Shown: positions 18,739 through 30,293 of the stretch, piece after piece | Layout: each line of letters opens with the position of its first letter | How positions within the stretch are numbered: the stretch's first letter is position 1 | Assembly: GCA_003151815.1 (NCBI GenBank) | Contig: PLYN01000045.1 | Span: forward strand, 126,511-190,510 | Reading direction: 5' to 3' | From: Bacteroidota bacterium | GTDB taxonomy: Bacteria; Bacteroidota; Bacteroidia; 2-12-FULL-35-15 | Length of the DNA: 64,000 nt | Notes under the pieces: generated by a model | Told to the model about the DNA's origin: nothing | What the model saw: only the letters and a program-made list of their open reading frames with translations | The model's database searches: none | Made by a program: the position numbers and the translations under genes

Positions 18739-19722
18739 TTAAATCTTTGACAGGGCTGATTTCAAATGATTGATAACATTAACTTCTACAGCATCAACTC
18801 CTCTAAATTCTGCTAACAAAACAGAAATCCAATCACCTAAATGAATAAAATAAATTGCTTTTTCAATTGCAGAAATTCCTTTGGAATATATTTCAGTAAT
18901 GTTGAAAGCATATTTTTTGATTATTTCTTTATTTATTTCAACACGAGCCATGTTGCGGGAATATTCATCTTTATCAAGGAAAATTAAAACAGAAAGATTG
19001 TCATTTTTTTGAGTCCATCCAACCAATTCATTATGATTCATTTCCGGAATGATATGATGCCAGCAAAGTATTTTGGCATTTTCATTTAACTGTTGACGGA
19101 AACGAATTGCAATTCCCTCATTATAGGTTGTTGCATAGATAACCGGAGTTTTATCTTTCAACTTTTTAGCAATATTTTTTGCTTCTGTAATAATATTGTT
19201 TTCTTCCTGGTCAATTAATTTTATTGCTGCTTCAAGTTCTGCTTTAAAATCATTGGTAATAATTTTATGAAAATCAAGTATAAAAAATAGTTGAGTCAGC
19301 GAATAGCCTAAGCATGAACGGGGAGGCATTCCTCCGGGAATCATTATGCAATCATATCCATTTGATTTGGCTAATTCCTGAACTTTTCCACCTGAGGTAA
19401 CACAAACAATTTTTGCTTTTTTTGCAATCGCCAACTCCATGCAATTAAGCGTTTCTTCGGTATTGCCTGAATAAGAAGAAATGATGACCAACGTATTTTC
19501 ATTCACAAATGCAGGAATAAAATAGCCTTTACTAACATTTATAGGAACATTTGCGTTTGCAATTACAAGTTCCGAAACAATACTTCCCCCGATACCGGAA
19601 CCACCCAACCCGCAAATTAAAACATTTGAAATCTTTTGCATAGAAGGGCTAAGATTAGCATTGCAGCCAATGTTGATCGCTTCTGTTAATTGCTTTGAAA
19701 AGTTTGATATTAATGTTTTCAT
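18739..19722 (-). CDS. Bifunctional phosphoglucose/phosphomannose isomerase (SIS)
   Basis: GLGGSGIGG, SSYSGNTEET, PPRS, QLNENAK, PEMNHNE. Confidence 0.93.
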   Translation of the reverse strand: MKTLISNFSKQLTEAINIGCNANLSPSMQKISNVLICGLGGSGIGGSIVSELVIANANVPINVSKGYFIPAFVNENTLVIISSYSGNTEETLNCMELAIAKKAKIVCVTSGGKVQELAKSNGYDCIMIPGGMPPRSCLGYSLTQLFFILDFHKIITNDFKAELEAAIKLIDQEENNIITEAKNIAKKLKDKTPVIYATTYNEGIAIRFRQQLNENAKILCWHHIIPEMNHNELVGWTQKNDNLSVLIFLDKDEYSRNMARVEINKEIIKKYAFNITEIYSKGISAIEKAIYFIHLGDWISVLLAEFRGVDAVEVNVINHLKSALSKI

Positions 19723-19823
19723 GTTCGTATAAAAATCACTCTTAGTGGGTAAAAATACATATTTTGGTTAAATAATTATAGAAAATCCGATATATTAACC
19801 ATTATTTATTATTACTTTGAACG

Positions 19824-19831
19824 TATATTTG
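19824..19831 (+). promoter_or_regulatory. -7 promoter box (TATATTTG) for lysS
   Basis: TAnnTTTG 21 nt upstream of the ATG at 19853. Confidence 0.65.
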
Positions 19832-19852
19832 CCCAAAATTTATAAAAACAAA

Positions 19853-21559
19853 ATGATCATTGAATTAAGCGAACAAGAATTAATAAGAAGAGCAAAATTG
19901 GAAGAGATTACCAAAATGGGAATCGATGCTTATCCTGCGGCTTTGGTTGAAATCAATGCCACAGCAAAAGATATTTTAAAAAATTTCACCCTTGAAAATG
20001 CTGAAGAATATAAAAACATTAGCATTGCAGGACGTATCATGAGCAATCGTGATATGGGAAAGGCATGTTTTGTGAGTTTGCAGGATGCAACGGGTCGTAT
20101 TCAGGTATATATCCGCAGAGACGATATTTGCACAGGAGAAGATAAGAGCACCTTTGATCTATTATTTAAAAAGCATACTGATCTGGGTGATATCATTGGG
20201 ATCAAAGGTTTTGTATTTATCACGAAAGTGGGGGAAATATCAATTCATGCCACTTCTTTTACTATGTTAAGTAAATCATTGCGCCCATTGCCTTCGGTAA
20301 AGCGTGATGATCAGGGAAATGTATTTGATGAAGTAACGGATCCGGAATTTCGTTACCGTCAGCGTTATGTTGATCTGATCGTAAATCCTTCTGTAAAAGA
20401 AACATTTATCAAACGTACCAAAATGGTAAATACCATTCGTGATTTTTATAACGCGAAAGGTTATTTAGAAGTGGATACCCCTGTTTTACAGGCTATCCCT
20501 GGTGGAGCCTCTGCCCGTCCGTTCACCACGCATCACAATACCCTGAACATACCAATGTATTTGCGCATTGCAAATGAATTGTATTTAAAGCGATTGATCG
20601 TTGGAGGTTTTGATGGCGTGTATGAATTTTCCCGCAACTTCCGTAACGAAGGGATGGACAGAACACATAATCCTGAATTTACGGTTATGGAGTTGTATGT
20701 GGCTTATAAAGATTATAATTGGATGATGGATGTTACGGAGGAATTGATCGAAAAAATTGCAATGGATCTGAATGGAACAACCGCAGTGCCGGTAGGAGAT
20801 AAGATCATTGATTTTAAGCGTCCGTTCAAACGTATCACCATGTTTGATTCTATCAAAGAATTTACCGGAATTGATATCAGCGCCATGGATGAAAATCAAT
20901 TGCGTGAGGTCTGTAAACAGTTGCAAATAGAAGTTGCACCCCATTCGGGTAAAGGGAAATTAATTGATGAAATATTTGGAGCAAAATGCGAAGGCAATTA
21001 TATGCAACCTACATTTATTACGGATTACCCTGTGGAGATGAGTCCGCTTACGAAAAAGCACCGCAGCAAACCCGGATTGGTAGAACGTTTTGAGTTGATG
21101 GTGAACGGCAAAGAATTGGCAAACGCTTATTCTGAACTTAACGACCCGATCGATCAACGGGCACGATTTGAAGAACAAATAGAATTAATGGAACGCGGTG
21201 ATGACGAAGCCATGTTCATTGATCATGATTTTTTACGTGCCTTAGAATACGGTATGCCGCCAACATCCGGTATAGGTATTGGTATCGATCGTTTGGCAAT
21301 GATCATGACCAACAATGTATCTATTCAGGATGTTTTATTTTTCCCGCAAATGCGCCCCGAAGAGGTTAAGAAAGTTATTGTTGAAGTAAAAGGTGATGAG
21401 CAAATAGTATTAGAAGAAGTGAAAAAATTAAATCAAGCTACAGTAACTACTATAAACGAAGCAACGGGAATATCTAAAAATCAATTGCAGAAAATATTGA
21501 CTTCTTTGACCGAAAAAAATTTAGTGAAAAGAGAAGGGCCTGTATTTCAGGTAATATAG
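19853..21559 (+). CDS. lysS: Lysine--tRNA ligase (class II) with C-terminal helix-turn-helix-like extension
   Basis: OB-fold N-terminus, RYRQRYVDL, FRNEG..HNPEF, YGMPPTSGIGIGIDR. Confidence 0.97.
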   Translation: MIIELSEQELIRRAKLEEITKMGIDAYPAALVEINATAKDILKNFTLENAEEYKNISIAGRIMSNRDMGKACFVSLQDATGRIQVYIRRDDICTGEDKSTFDLLFKKHTDLGDIIGIKGFVFITKVGEISIHATSFTMLSKSLRPLPSVKRDDQGNVFDEVTDPEFRYRQRYVDLIVNPSVKETFIKRTKMVNTIRDFYNAKGYLEVDTPVLQAIPGGASARPFTTHHNTLNIPMYLRIANELYLKRLIVGGFDGVYEFSRNFRNEGMDRTHNPEFTVMELYVAYKDYNWMMDVTEELIEKIAMDLNGTTAVPVGDKIIDFKRPFKRITMFDSIKEFTGIDISAMDENQLREVCKQLQIEVAPHSGKGKLIDEIFGAKCEGNYMQPTFITDYPVEMSPLTKKHRSKPGLVERFELMVNGKELANAYSELNDPIDQRARFEEQIELMERGDDEAMFIDHDFLRALEYGMPPTSGIGIGIDRLAMIMTNNVSIQDVLFFPQMRPEEVKKVIVEVKGDEQIVLEEVKKLNQATVTTINEATGISKNQLQKILTSLTEKNLVKREGPVFQVI

Positions 21560-21599
21560 TTAGATAATTCAAGTCTGAAAATATAAATTAAAAGATCAT

Positions 21600-23483
21600 T
21601 TGAAAAATAGAATCACTACCGATACGCTATTATTATTTATTATTCTTATTGTCTCCGCCCTTCTTCGTTTTTGGAATTTTCATGAAATCCCTTTCATGCA
21701 TGATGAGTTAAGTGCATTGTCTAGAACAAATTATTCTAATTTTCAGGATGTTCTGACTTATGGTGTCGCCCTGAACGATACACATCCGGCGGGAGTACAA
21801 TTGTTTATTTATTATTGGATCAAAATTTTTGGCATAAGTGAAATGTCTGTCAAACTGCCATTTATTTTATTTGGACTATTCTCTATAATTGTCGCGTATA
21901 AAATTTCAAAAAAATGGTTCAACAGTTCCGTTGGACTTATTGTTGCTTCGTTCATGGCTGTTTTGCAATATATGGTAATGTATAGCCAGATAGCGAGACC
22001 ATACATTAGCGGAATGTTTTTTTCATTGATAATGGTTTGGTGTTGGAGTAATTATCTATTTGATGAAAATAACAAGAGTAAAAAAAGATGGCTGCTTGGT
22101 TATGTCTTATCATCTGCATTGTGTGCTTACGATCATCATTTTGCTTTGTTATTTGCCAGTACTGTTGGAGTTACAGGACTTTTTTTTATTAATGCCGACA
22201 ATTGGAAAGCTTATGTATTTGCCGGAATTTCAATTTTTATTTTATACATTCCTCACCTCAACATTTTCTTTTTTCAATTAAACAAAGGTGGATTAGGAGG
22301 GCCGGACGGTTGGTTAGGAAAACCCCAACACGATTGGTTCTCAGGTTATCTTAAATACCTGTTCCACTATTCTTTTTTGATGTATGCTTTGGTTTTTTTT
22401 CTCTTATTATTTAGCATTTTCTTTCATTCACAGGATTTAAAAACAAAACAAAAATTTAGAATTATATCGGTCTGTTGGTTTTTTTCAGTCTTTTTTATTG
22501 AATATTATTATTCCTTATTTGTTAATCCCATTATTCAATATTCCACTTTGATTTTTGTATTTCCCTTTTTACTAATATTTATTTTTTCTTTGTTCGGTGA
22601 ACTAAATCGGAATGCTAAAATGTTGATTGTTTCATCCATATTAATAACAGGAACATATACATTAATTTTTGTCCGAAAACATTTCCAGATATTTTACAAA
22701 CAGCCCTTTCAGGAGCAAGTAAAAAACACATATAAAAGTTTAGATAGATTAAAAAATAAAAAAGATGCTACTATTGAATTAATGATTCCATCTTATTATA
22801 AAGAATATTATTTTAAAAAATATAACAGACGTTTTGAACTCATTGACTATAACCTTTTTGATACAAAAGCATTTCGAAATTTTGTACAGAAACAAACGAC
22901 AAATTATTTTATAACAGGAAATTTACCCTTGGAATATATTCAAATTATTAAAGAAAAGTATCCTTATATAATAAGCAAAGGGGAAGGATTTACTTACTCA
23001 ACATTCTGTTTTTCAAAAAATAAAAATTTATCACGGCCCTCTGAATATCCTCTATTGGATCGAAAAACTGAGTTCAATTTCGTCATAAAAAAAATAGATA
23101 GCACAACAGAATATAGTCAATCATATCGATTTAAATTAAAAGAGATTATAAACGACAGACATACTATTATTAATATTGGTGCTCGGCTGTTGGTTCCTGA
23201 CAGTTCTTCTAACCCTGTATTGGTAATGAATATAAAAGATAACAACCAACTTATAGACTGGAGAGGATCTGATTATTTTAATTATAATAATAATCCAAAA
23301 ACATTTAATACAATTTTTTTATCTATTGACCTTACCGGCTTTAATTTTAAGGAACATCCGAATGCAGAAGCTGAAATTTATATTTGGAACAGAAATAAAA
23401 AAGAGATTTTGATAGATAATTTTAAAATAGATGCCAACGAAGGCAATCATTTAATCTATTCACTTTATGAACCTATTGACTAA
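21600..23483 (+). CDS. GT-C / glycosyltransferase family 39 (PMT/ArnT-like) membrane protein
   Basis: Multiple TM helices; HDE motif after TM1, HP motif, YSQIARPY. Confidence 0.8.
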   Translation: MKNRITTDTLLLFIILIVSALLRFWNFHEIPFMHDELSALSRTNYSNFQDVLTYGVALNDTHPAGVQLFIYYWIKIFGISEMSVKLPFILFGLFSIIVAYKISKKWFNSSVGLIVASFMAVLQYMVMYSQIARPYISGMFFSLIMVWCWSNYLFDENNKSKKRWLLGYVLSSALCAYDHHFALLFASTVGVTGLFFINADNWKAYVFAGISIFILYIPHLNIFFFQLNKGGLGGPDGWLGKPQHDWFSGYLKYLFHYSFLMYALVFFLLLFSIFFHSQDLKTKQKFRIISVCWFFSVFFIEYYYSLFVNPIIQYSTLIFVFPFLLIFIFSLFGELNRNAKMLIVSSILITGTYTLIFVRKHFQIFYKQPFQEQVKNTYKSLDRLKNKKDATIELMIPSYYKEYYFKKYNRRFELIDYNLFDTKAFRNFVQKQTTNYFITGNLPLEYIQIIKEKYPYIISKGEGFTYSTFCFSKNKNLSRPSEYPLLDRKTEFNFVIKKIDSTTEYSQSYRFKLKEIINDRHTIINIGARLLVPDSSSNPVLVMNIKDNNQLIDWRGSDYFNYNNNPKTFNTIFLSIDLTGFNFKEHPNAEAEIYIWNRNKKEILIDNFKIDANEGNHLIYSLYEPID

Positions 23484-23500
23484 AATAATTTAAGATTATT

Positions 23501-24856
23501 TTAACTTGTTTTTATATGGTTTTTTTTAAAATAAATTGTTAAAAATAAAAGGGAAGAAATAAATAAAACAAGCCACACCAAGAAAGAAACAACCGGATTT
23601 ACACCTAAAAATAAGGTCAATAAATTATTGGAATTAAATTTACAAGAAATAAAATCAGGGATAATTATTTGAAAAAGAGGATGCTTTATTTCTGTCGGTA
23701 GGCAATAGAGGACAGCCGATTTAGCCATAAATGCGATTGTAATTCCAAATGTTATTACTATCCAAAAGAAGATTTTAGAGAAATTTTGTTTTGACAAAAA
23801 AATGATCCCTTCATAAAATAAAAGCACTGTAATAAAAATAAGTAAGCGAGGGCCATAAGACCAGCCTCCCCACCATCCCAAATAAGATGAGGTTGCAATA
23901 ATAATTGTAAATGAAATAAGAAAAAGATAATTTGAACAAAATTCTAAAACAATTTTTTTAATTGGAAACATTCTGACTCTTTTAATAAAATAAAATAAAA
24001 TAATCAGGAGAAACGGTGCATAAAAAAACAAACCTCTGTAATCACTAAAAATAAGTCCCCACAATGATTCGGCTGTTGGATGAACAAACGCATAGTTTAC
24101 ATGGAGCTCTGGTGATAAATTATGAAATTTATATATCATTGTGAAAGGGGAATTGGTAAAAATATAGTTGTAAATCATAATGAAAACTACAAACGGAAAA
24201 ACGCCAAGAATAAATTTACAAACACTTTTAATGTTGCGCTCATTCCATAAAATCTGAAAAACCCAAATAAAAATTACCAATGCAATAATAAATTCGCATA
24301 AAAAGGCGAGTCCGGCAAATACTCCGGCAATCCAATATTTTTTTTCTTTGAGAAGTATATAGGAGAAAAGAAGAAAAATTGAGGAAGATAAATGATTAAA
24401 AAATGTACCTGAAAAAATAAAAATAAAAGAACCATAAAAAGGCAGCATGGTCAATAAAACAGGTGAATAACTACTATTTTTGTAAATTTTTTTGAACGTA
24501 AGAAACAGGATCAAAACAAATGGAATCATGCTGCATAAAAAAGAACCGATAGCGTAAACATGTCTTCCATAAAGGGAACCATTATGGCTTTTTATTAACC
24601 CGATTAATTTTAATAATCCAAAAAATGGGAACACAATAATAGTTGGCAATGGGGCTTTTTCAGAATAATAATGATTTTTTATTATACTTTTATCGCATGT
24701 AAGTTCATGGTATTTATCTATTTGAAATGTTCCACTTTCAAAATAAGAGATGATGGGTAATATTCTGGAAGTGGTATTTGCATTGTTCCATAAATCGATA
24801 TAAAAAATACTTATGATAAGGTTTAATAAGATAAACAAGAAATAAAATCTTTTCAT
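23501..24856 (-). CDS. Polytopic membrane protein, probable GT-C fold glycosyltransferase
   Basis: About 11 hydrophobic segments; RGLFFYAP and WWGGWSYGPR motifs. Start is ATG 24856 or TTG 24868. Confidence 0.62.
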   Translation of the reverse strand: MKRFYFLFILLNLIISIFYIDLWNNANTTSRILPIISYFESGTFQIDKYHELTCDKSIIKNHYYSEKAPLPTIIVFPFFGLLKLIGLIKSHNGSLYGRHVYAIGSFLCSMIPFVLILFLTFKKIYKNSSYSPVLLTMLPFYGSFIFIFSGTFFNHLSSSIFLLFSYILLKEKKYWIAGVFAGLAFLCEFIIALVIFIWVFQILWNERNIKSVCKFILGVFPFVVFIMIYNYIFTNSPFTMIYKFHNLSPELHVNYAFVHPTAESLWGLIFSDYRGLFFYAPFLLIILFYFIKRVRMFPIKKIVLEFCSNYLFLISFTIIIATSSYLGWWGGWSYGPRLLIFITVLLFYEGIIFLSKQNFSKIFFWIVITFGITIAFMAKSAVLYCLPTEIKHPLFQIIIPDFISCKFNSNNLLTLFLGVNPVVSFLVWLVLFISSLLFLTIYFKKNHIKTS

Positions 24857-25023
24857 AGTTTTATTCAATTTAAAAATACTGCCAATAAAAGTATGGAAAA
24901 AGAATAAGAGTAGTTTTTTTTTGACAAATCAAATAAGAAAATAACTGGTATTTTATTGAAATACAATAAGCATAATAAATAAAAAGCGTATTTTTCGAAT
25001 CTCAAATGCATTAAATTTCAAGA

Positions 25024-26022
25024 ATGACAAATACTAAACAAATTGCAGTAATAGGTGGTGGAAGTTGGGCTACAGCCATTGTAAAAATGCTTTGCAACAA
25101 TTCTGATCAAGTACATTGGTGGATTCGTAATGCAGCATCGGTCGAACATATTAAAAAATACAAACACAATCCGAATTACCTGACTTCTGTTGAATTCGAT
25201 ACGGATAAATTAGTATTGAATACTGATTTAAAAGAAATTATAGCAAAAGCCGATATATTGATAATGGCAGTGCCTTCTGCATTTTTGAAAGATGCCCTTT
25301 CGGAATTAACACCGGAAAATTTTAAAAATAAGCAAGTATTTTCAGCAATTAAAGGAATTGTTCCGGAACACAATTTAATTGTTGGTGAATTTTTTAATAC
25401 TGAATACAAAGTGCCGATGGAAAACATTGGCGTAATCACCGGTCCTTGCCATGCAGAAGAAGTGGCGATGGAAAAATTATCATACCTGACTGTCGCTTCT
25501 CAAAATTATGATAATGCCGTATTCATGGCTTCTCAATTAAAATGCAGATATATTAAAACTACGGTATCGGATGATATTTATGGAACAGAATATTCTGCTG
25601 TATTAAAAAACGTATTTGCTATCGCCAGCGGAATTTGTCATGGTTTAGGCTATGGCGACAACTTTCAGGCTGTTTTGATCTCCAATGCAATACAAGAAAT
25701 AAAACGTTTTGTGGATGATGTTCATCCCATTGATCGTGACATAAAAAGTTCGGCCTACCTTGGAGATTTATTGGTAACAGCCTATTCGCAGTTTAGCCGA
25801 AACCGAACTTTTGGTGGAATGATTGGTAAAGGATATTCCGTAAAATCGGCACAATTAGAAATGAATATGGTTGCTGAAGGTTATTACGGAGTAAAATGCG
25901 TATACGAAATAAATAAAAAATATAAGGTAGATATGCCTATTACGAATGCAGTGTATAACATTTTATATGAAAAAATTTCTCCTGCCATTGAAATGAAATT
26001 GTTAACCGATCAACTGTCGTAA
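25024..26022 (+). CDS. gpsA: NAD(P)H-dependent glycerol-3-phosphate dehydrogenase
   Basis: GGGSWATA, GPCHAEEV, LKNVFAIA, GDLLVT...SRN, AEG. Confidence 0.96.
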   Translation: MTNTKQIAVIGGGSWATAIVKMLCNNSDQVHWWIRNAASVEHIKKYKHNPNYLTSVEFDTDKLVLNTDLKEIIAKADILIMAVPSAFLKDALSELTPENFKNKQVFSAIKGIVPEHNLIVGEFFNTEYKVPMENIGVITGPCHAEEVAMEKLSYLTVASQNYDNAVFMASQLKCRYIKTTVSDDIYGTEYSAVLKNVFAIASGICHGLGYGDNFQAVLISNAIQEIKRFVDDVHPIDRDIKSSAYLGDLLVTAYSQFSRNRTFGGMIGKGYSVKSAQLEMNMVAEGYYGVKCVYEINKKYKVDMPITNAVYNILYEKISPAIEMKLLTDQLS

Positions 26023-26195
26023 CAATAATTTTTAGCAAACTATGCATTCCATTTCCATAATCTTATTTTCTTGCAATTGACAGGTTGAAAACATAAAATA
26101 AATAGTAAGTTTACCATTATATAATTAAATTGAATACTGTTTCAGCAAAATTATAATATATCTTTGATGCTTCAAAATCCTTAAAAATTATAAAA

Positions 26196-27071
26196 ATGAA
26201 AAAATCTATTGCGATCCTACTATTTGTTTCTGTATGTTATACAACATCGTTTGCACAATTAACTCCCAAAGGAGATGTTCCTACGTTGGAAGAAATGACA
26301 ATAATTTTCGATAAAATGATGGTTGCCATCAGCAATGTTAAAACTGCAAAATTTCGAATGGTGAAAAATGAGAGATATGATGGGAAAATTGTTCAAAGTG
26401 ACCAATTAGTTAAACAAAATGTTAACCCCTTGAAAATTTACATGAAGATAACTAAAGGTCCGAACAGTGGCGCCGAAGTTCTTTATATACAAGGAGCAAA
26501 CAATGGGAATGCATATGTAAATGCAAGTTCTTTTTTGCCAACTCTTAGTCTTGACCCTAGAGGTTCTCTTGTTAATGAAAAGCAAAGACATACCATGTTT
26601 GAACTTGGATTTGCTTATACCGGCGATTTGATAAACGATGCTTATCATAGATATAAAAACAAAGCAGCCGAATACTCTACTTATGGAGGAATTATTAAAT
26701 GGGATAACCGTGATGTATACAAAATTACCCTTGATAATAAAGAATACAAAATTAAAGATTACACTGTATTAGCCGGTGAAGACCTGGTAAAAATTGCAAG
26801 GAAATTAAAATTGGATGAATATAATATACGTGAGTTAAATCCTTCCATCAGCAGCTATACTTCTGTAAAGGCCGGTCAGGTTATTAAAATACCGGAAACG
26901 TTCACGAAGTCTGTTATAATGTATGTTGATACAAAAACATTCCTGCCTATATATCAAAAAATGACAGACCTGAAAGGTGTTGTTGGTGAATATGAATATC
27001 ATGATGTTATTATCAACTCTGGTATTACTGAAGAAGAATTTACAAAAGCCTATAAAGGATATTCGTTTTAA
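26196..27071 (+). CDS. Exported DUF1571-like protein with inserted LysM domain
   Basis: Signal peptide SFA-Q; K.ER..G, KIYMK and GAEVLY motifs; LysM YTVLAGEDLVKIA...ELNP...GQVIKIP; TATCTTTG box at 26159-26166. Confidence 0.72.
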   Translation: MKKSIAILLFVSVCYTTSFAQLTPKGDVPTLEEMTIIFDKMMVAISNVKTAKFRMVKNERYDGKIVQSDQLVKQNVNPLKIYMKITKGPNSGAEVLYIQGANNGNAYVNASSFLPTLSLDPRGSLVNEKQRHTMFELGFAYTGDLINDAYHRYKNKAAEYSTYGGIIKWDNRDVYKITLDNKEYKIKDYTVLAGEDLVKIARKLKLDEYNIRELNPSISSYTSVKAGQVIKIPETFTKSVIMYVDTKTFLPIYQKMTDLKGVVGEYEYHDVIINSGITEEEFTKAYKGYSF

Positions 27072-27074
27072 TTT

Positions 27075-27180
27075 AATTCACCGCAGTCAAGGCTGCGGTG
27101 AATTTTCAATCTGTGAACCTTTGGAATTTTTAAGCGAAATTAAAAACTGAGTACTATCAGATTTTAATTTCGCTTTTTTT
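27075..27180. terminator. Two tandem hairpins between convergent genes
   Basis: AATTCACCGCAG/CTGCGGTGAATT (27075-27104) and AAGCGAAATTAAAA/TTTTAATTTCGCTT (27132-27175) followed by a T-run. Confidence 0.75.
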
Positions 27181-27200
27181 CTTGTTTTATTTTTATTCAA

Positions 27201-29234
<2,034 letters not shown>

Positions 29235-29246
29235 TTATATTAAGAG

Positions 29247-29373
29247 CCTCACCCCCAACCCCTCTCCAAAGGAGAGGGGAGACTATGTGTGAAGCGCTAT
29301 GTGGTTTTTTTATTTTTAATTTCGTACTTCAAGTATTGCCCCCTCTCCAATTGGAGAGGGGCTGGGGGTGAGG
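29247..29373. repeat. GC-rich paired REP-like element (CCCCTCTCC..GGAGAGGGG family), no cargo
   Basis: CCTCACCCCCAACCCCTCTCCAAAGGAGAGGGG and its inverse CCCCCTCTCCAATTGGAGAGGGGCTGGGGGTGAGG, ~59-nt spacer. Confidence 0.9.
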
Positions 29374-29374
29374 T

Positions 29375-30136
29375 CTATTTGCTCTTATTTTCTGCAAATT
29401 TTCGCAAAAACTCTTCGCGGTCAGTAATGCTAACTTCTGTTTTAAATTCATGATCTAATCCTTGTTGTAAGGTATGGGAAGCACCATAATAATAAAATGC
29501 TTTCATCGCTGCTATCGTTTGTGCCGAATTTCCAATTATTTTCTCAGCCACTTGATTCACCGTTTCCTCTAGTTTATCCAATGGAACAGATTTATTAACT
29601 AATCCAATACGCTCAGCTTCCTTGCCGGAAACAGGTTGCGTAGTGAACGACATTTCCATCGCTTTCATCAATCCTACTTTTAATGGCAATCGCTGTGTCA
29701 TCCCCCATTTGGGAGCAATCCCCCATTTGGAATGTGTATCACCAATCTGTGCTTCATCCGCTGCATACGCCAGATCAAAAGCCAACAGAAACTCCGTAGC
29801 TCCGGTATAACAATGCCCGTTAACCATAGCAATCGTTACTTGAGGCATCTTTTGTAATATCTCAATAAATTCCGCACCTTTTTCCATGAAATCAAAATTA
29901 GAAAATTGTCCTCCTTGAATATTTTCATTGATCGCCTTTAAATCTACACCAGCCGACCATGCTCTACCGGCTCCAGTAACAATCACCACTTTTACTGAAT
30001 CGTCTTTTGCAATTTTATTAGTAACATCAATTAATTCCTTTAACATTATAGGGCTAAGTGAATTTAATACTGTTGGTCGGTTGAGTGTAATTTTAGCAAC
30101 TCCATTGGCCGTTGAAAACAAGATTTCTTGATACAT
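29375..30136 (-). CDS. Enoyl-CoA hydratase/isomerase family protein
   Basis: ITLNRP..LN, TGAGRAWSAGVDL, IAMVNGHC; upstream of fadH on the same strand; TATATTTG box at 30182-30189. Confidence 0.92.
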   Translation of the reverse strand: MYQEILFSTANGVAKITLNRPTVLNSLSPIMLKELIDVTNKIAKDDSVKVVIVTGAGRAWSAGVDLKAINENIQGGQFSNFDFMEKGAEFIEILQKMPQVTIAMVNGHCYTGATEFLLAFDLAYAADEAQIGDTHSKWGIAPKWGMTQRLPLKVGLMKAMEMSFTTQPVSGKEAERIGLVNKSVPLDKLEETVNQVAEKIIGNSAQTIAAMKAFYYYGASHTLQQGLDHEFKTEVSITDREEFLRKFAENKSK

Positions 30137-30293
30137 TTTATTGTTGGGTTTATAATTTAAAAATTAAAATAAATCTGTGAACAAATATAAAAATTAAATT
30201 TCATCACTAACTTCTTTTATTTGTTTGGATTTTGCAGATTTGTCCTCCTGAAATTAGAGAATATATTTGTTTTTTATTTAAAAATTAAAATGT

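Noticed and set aside
23030..23070. Possible REP-derived in-frame segment in the GT39 gene (SRPSEYPLLDRKT)
   Set aside because: Similarity to the CCCCTCT-type repeats is too degenerate to support by eye.
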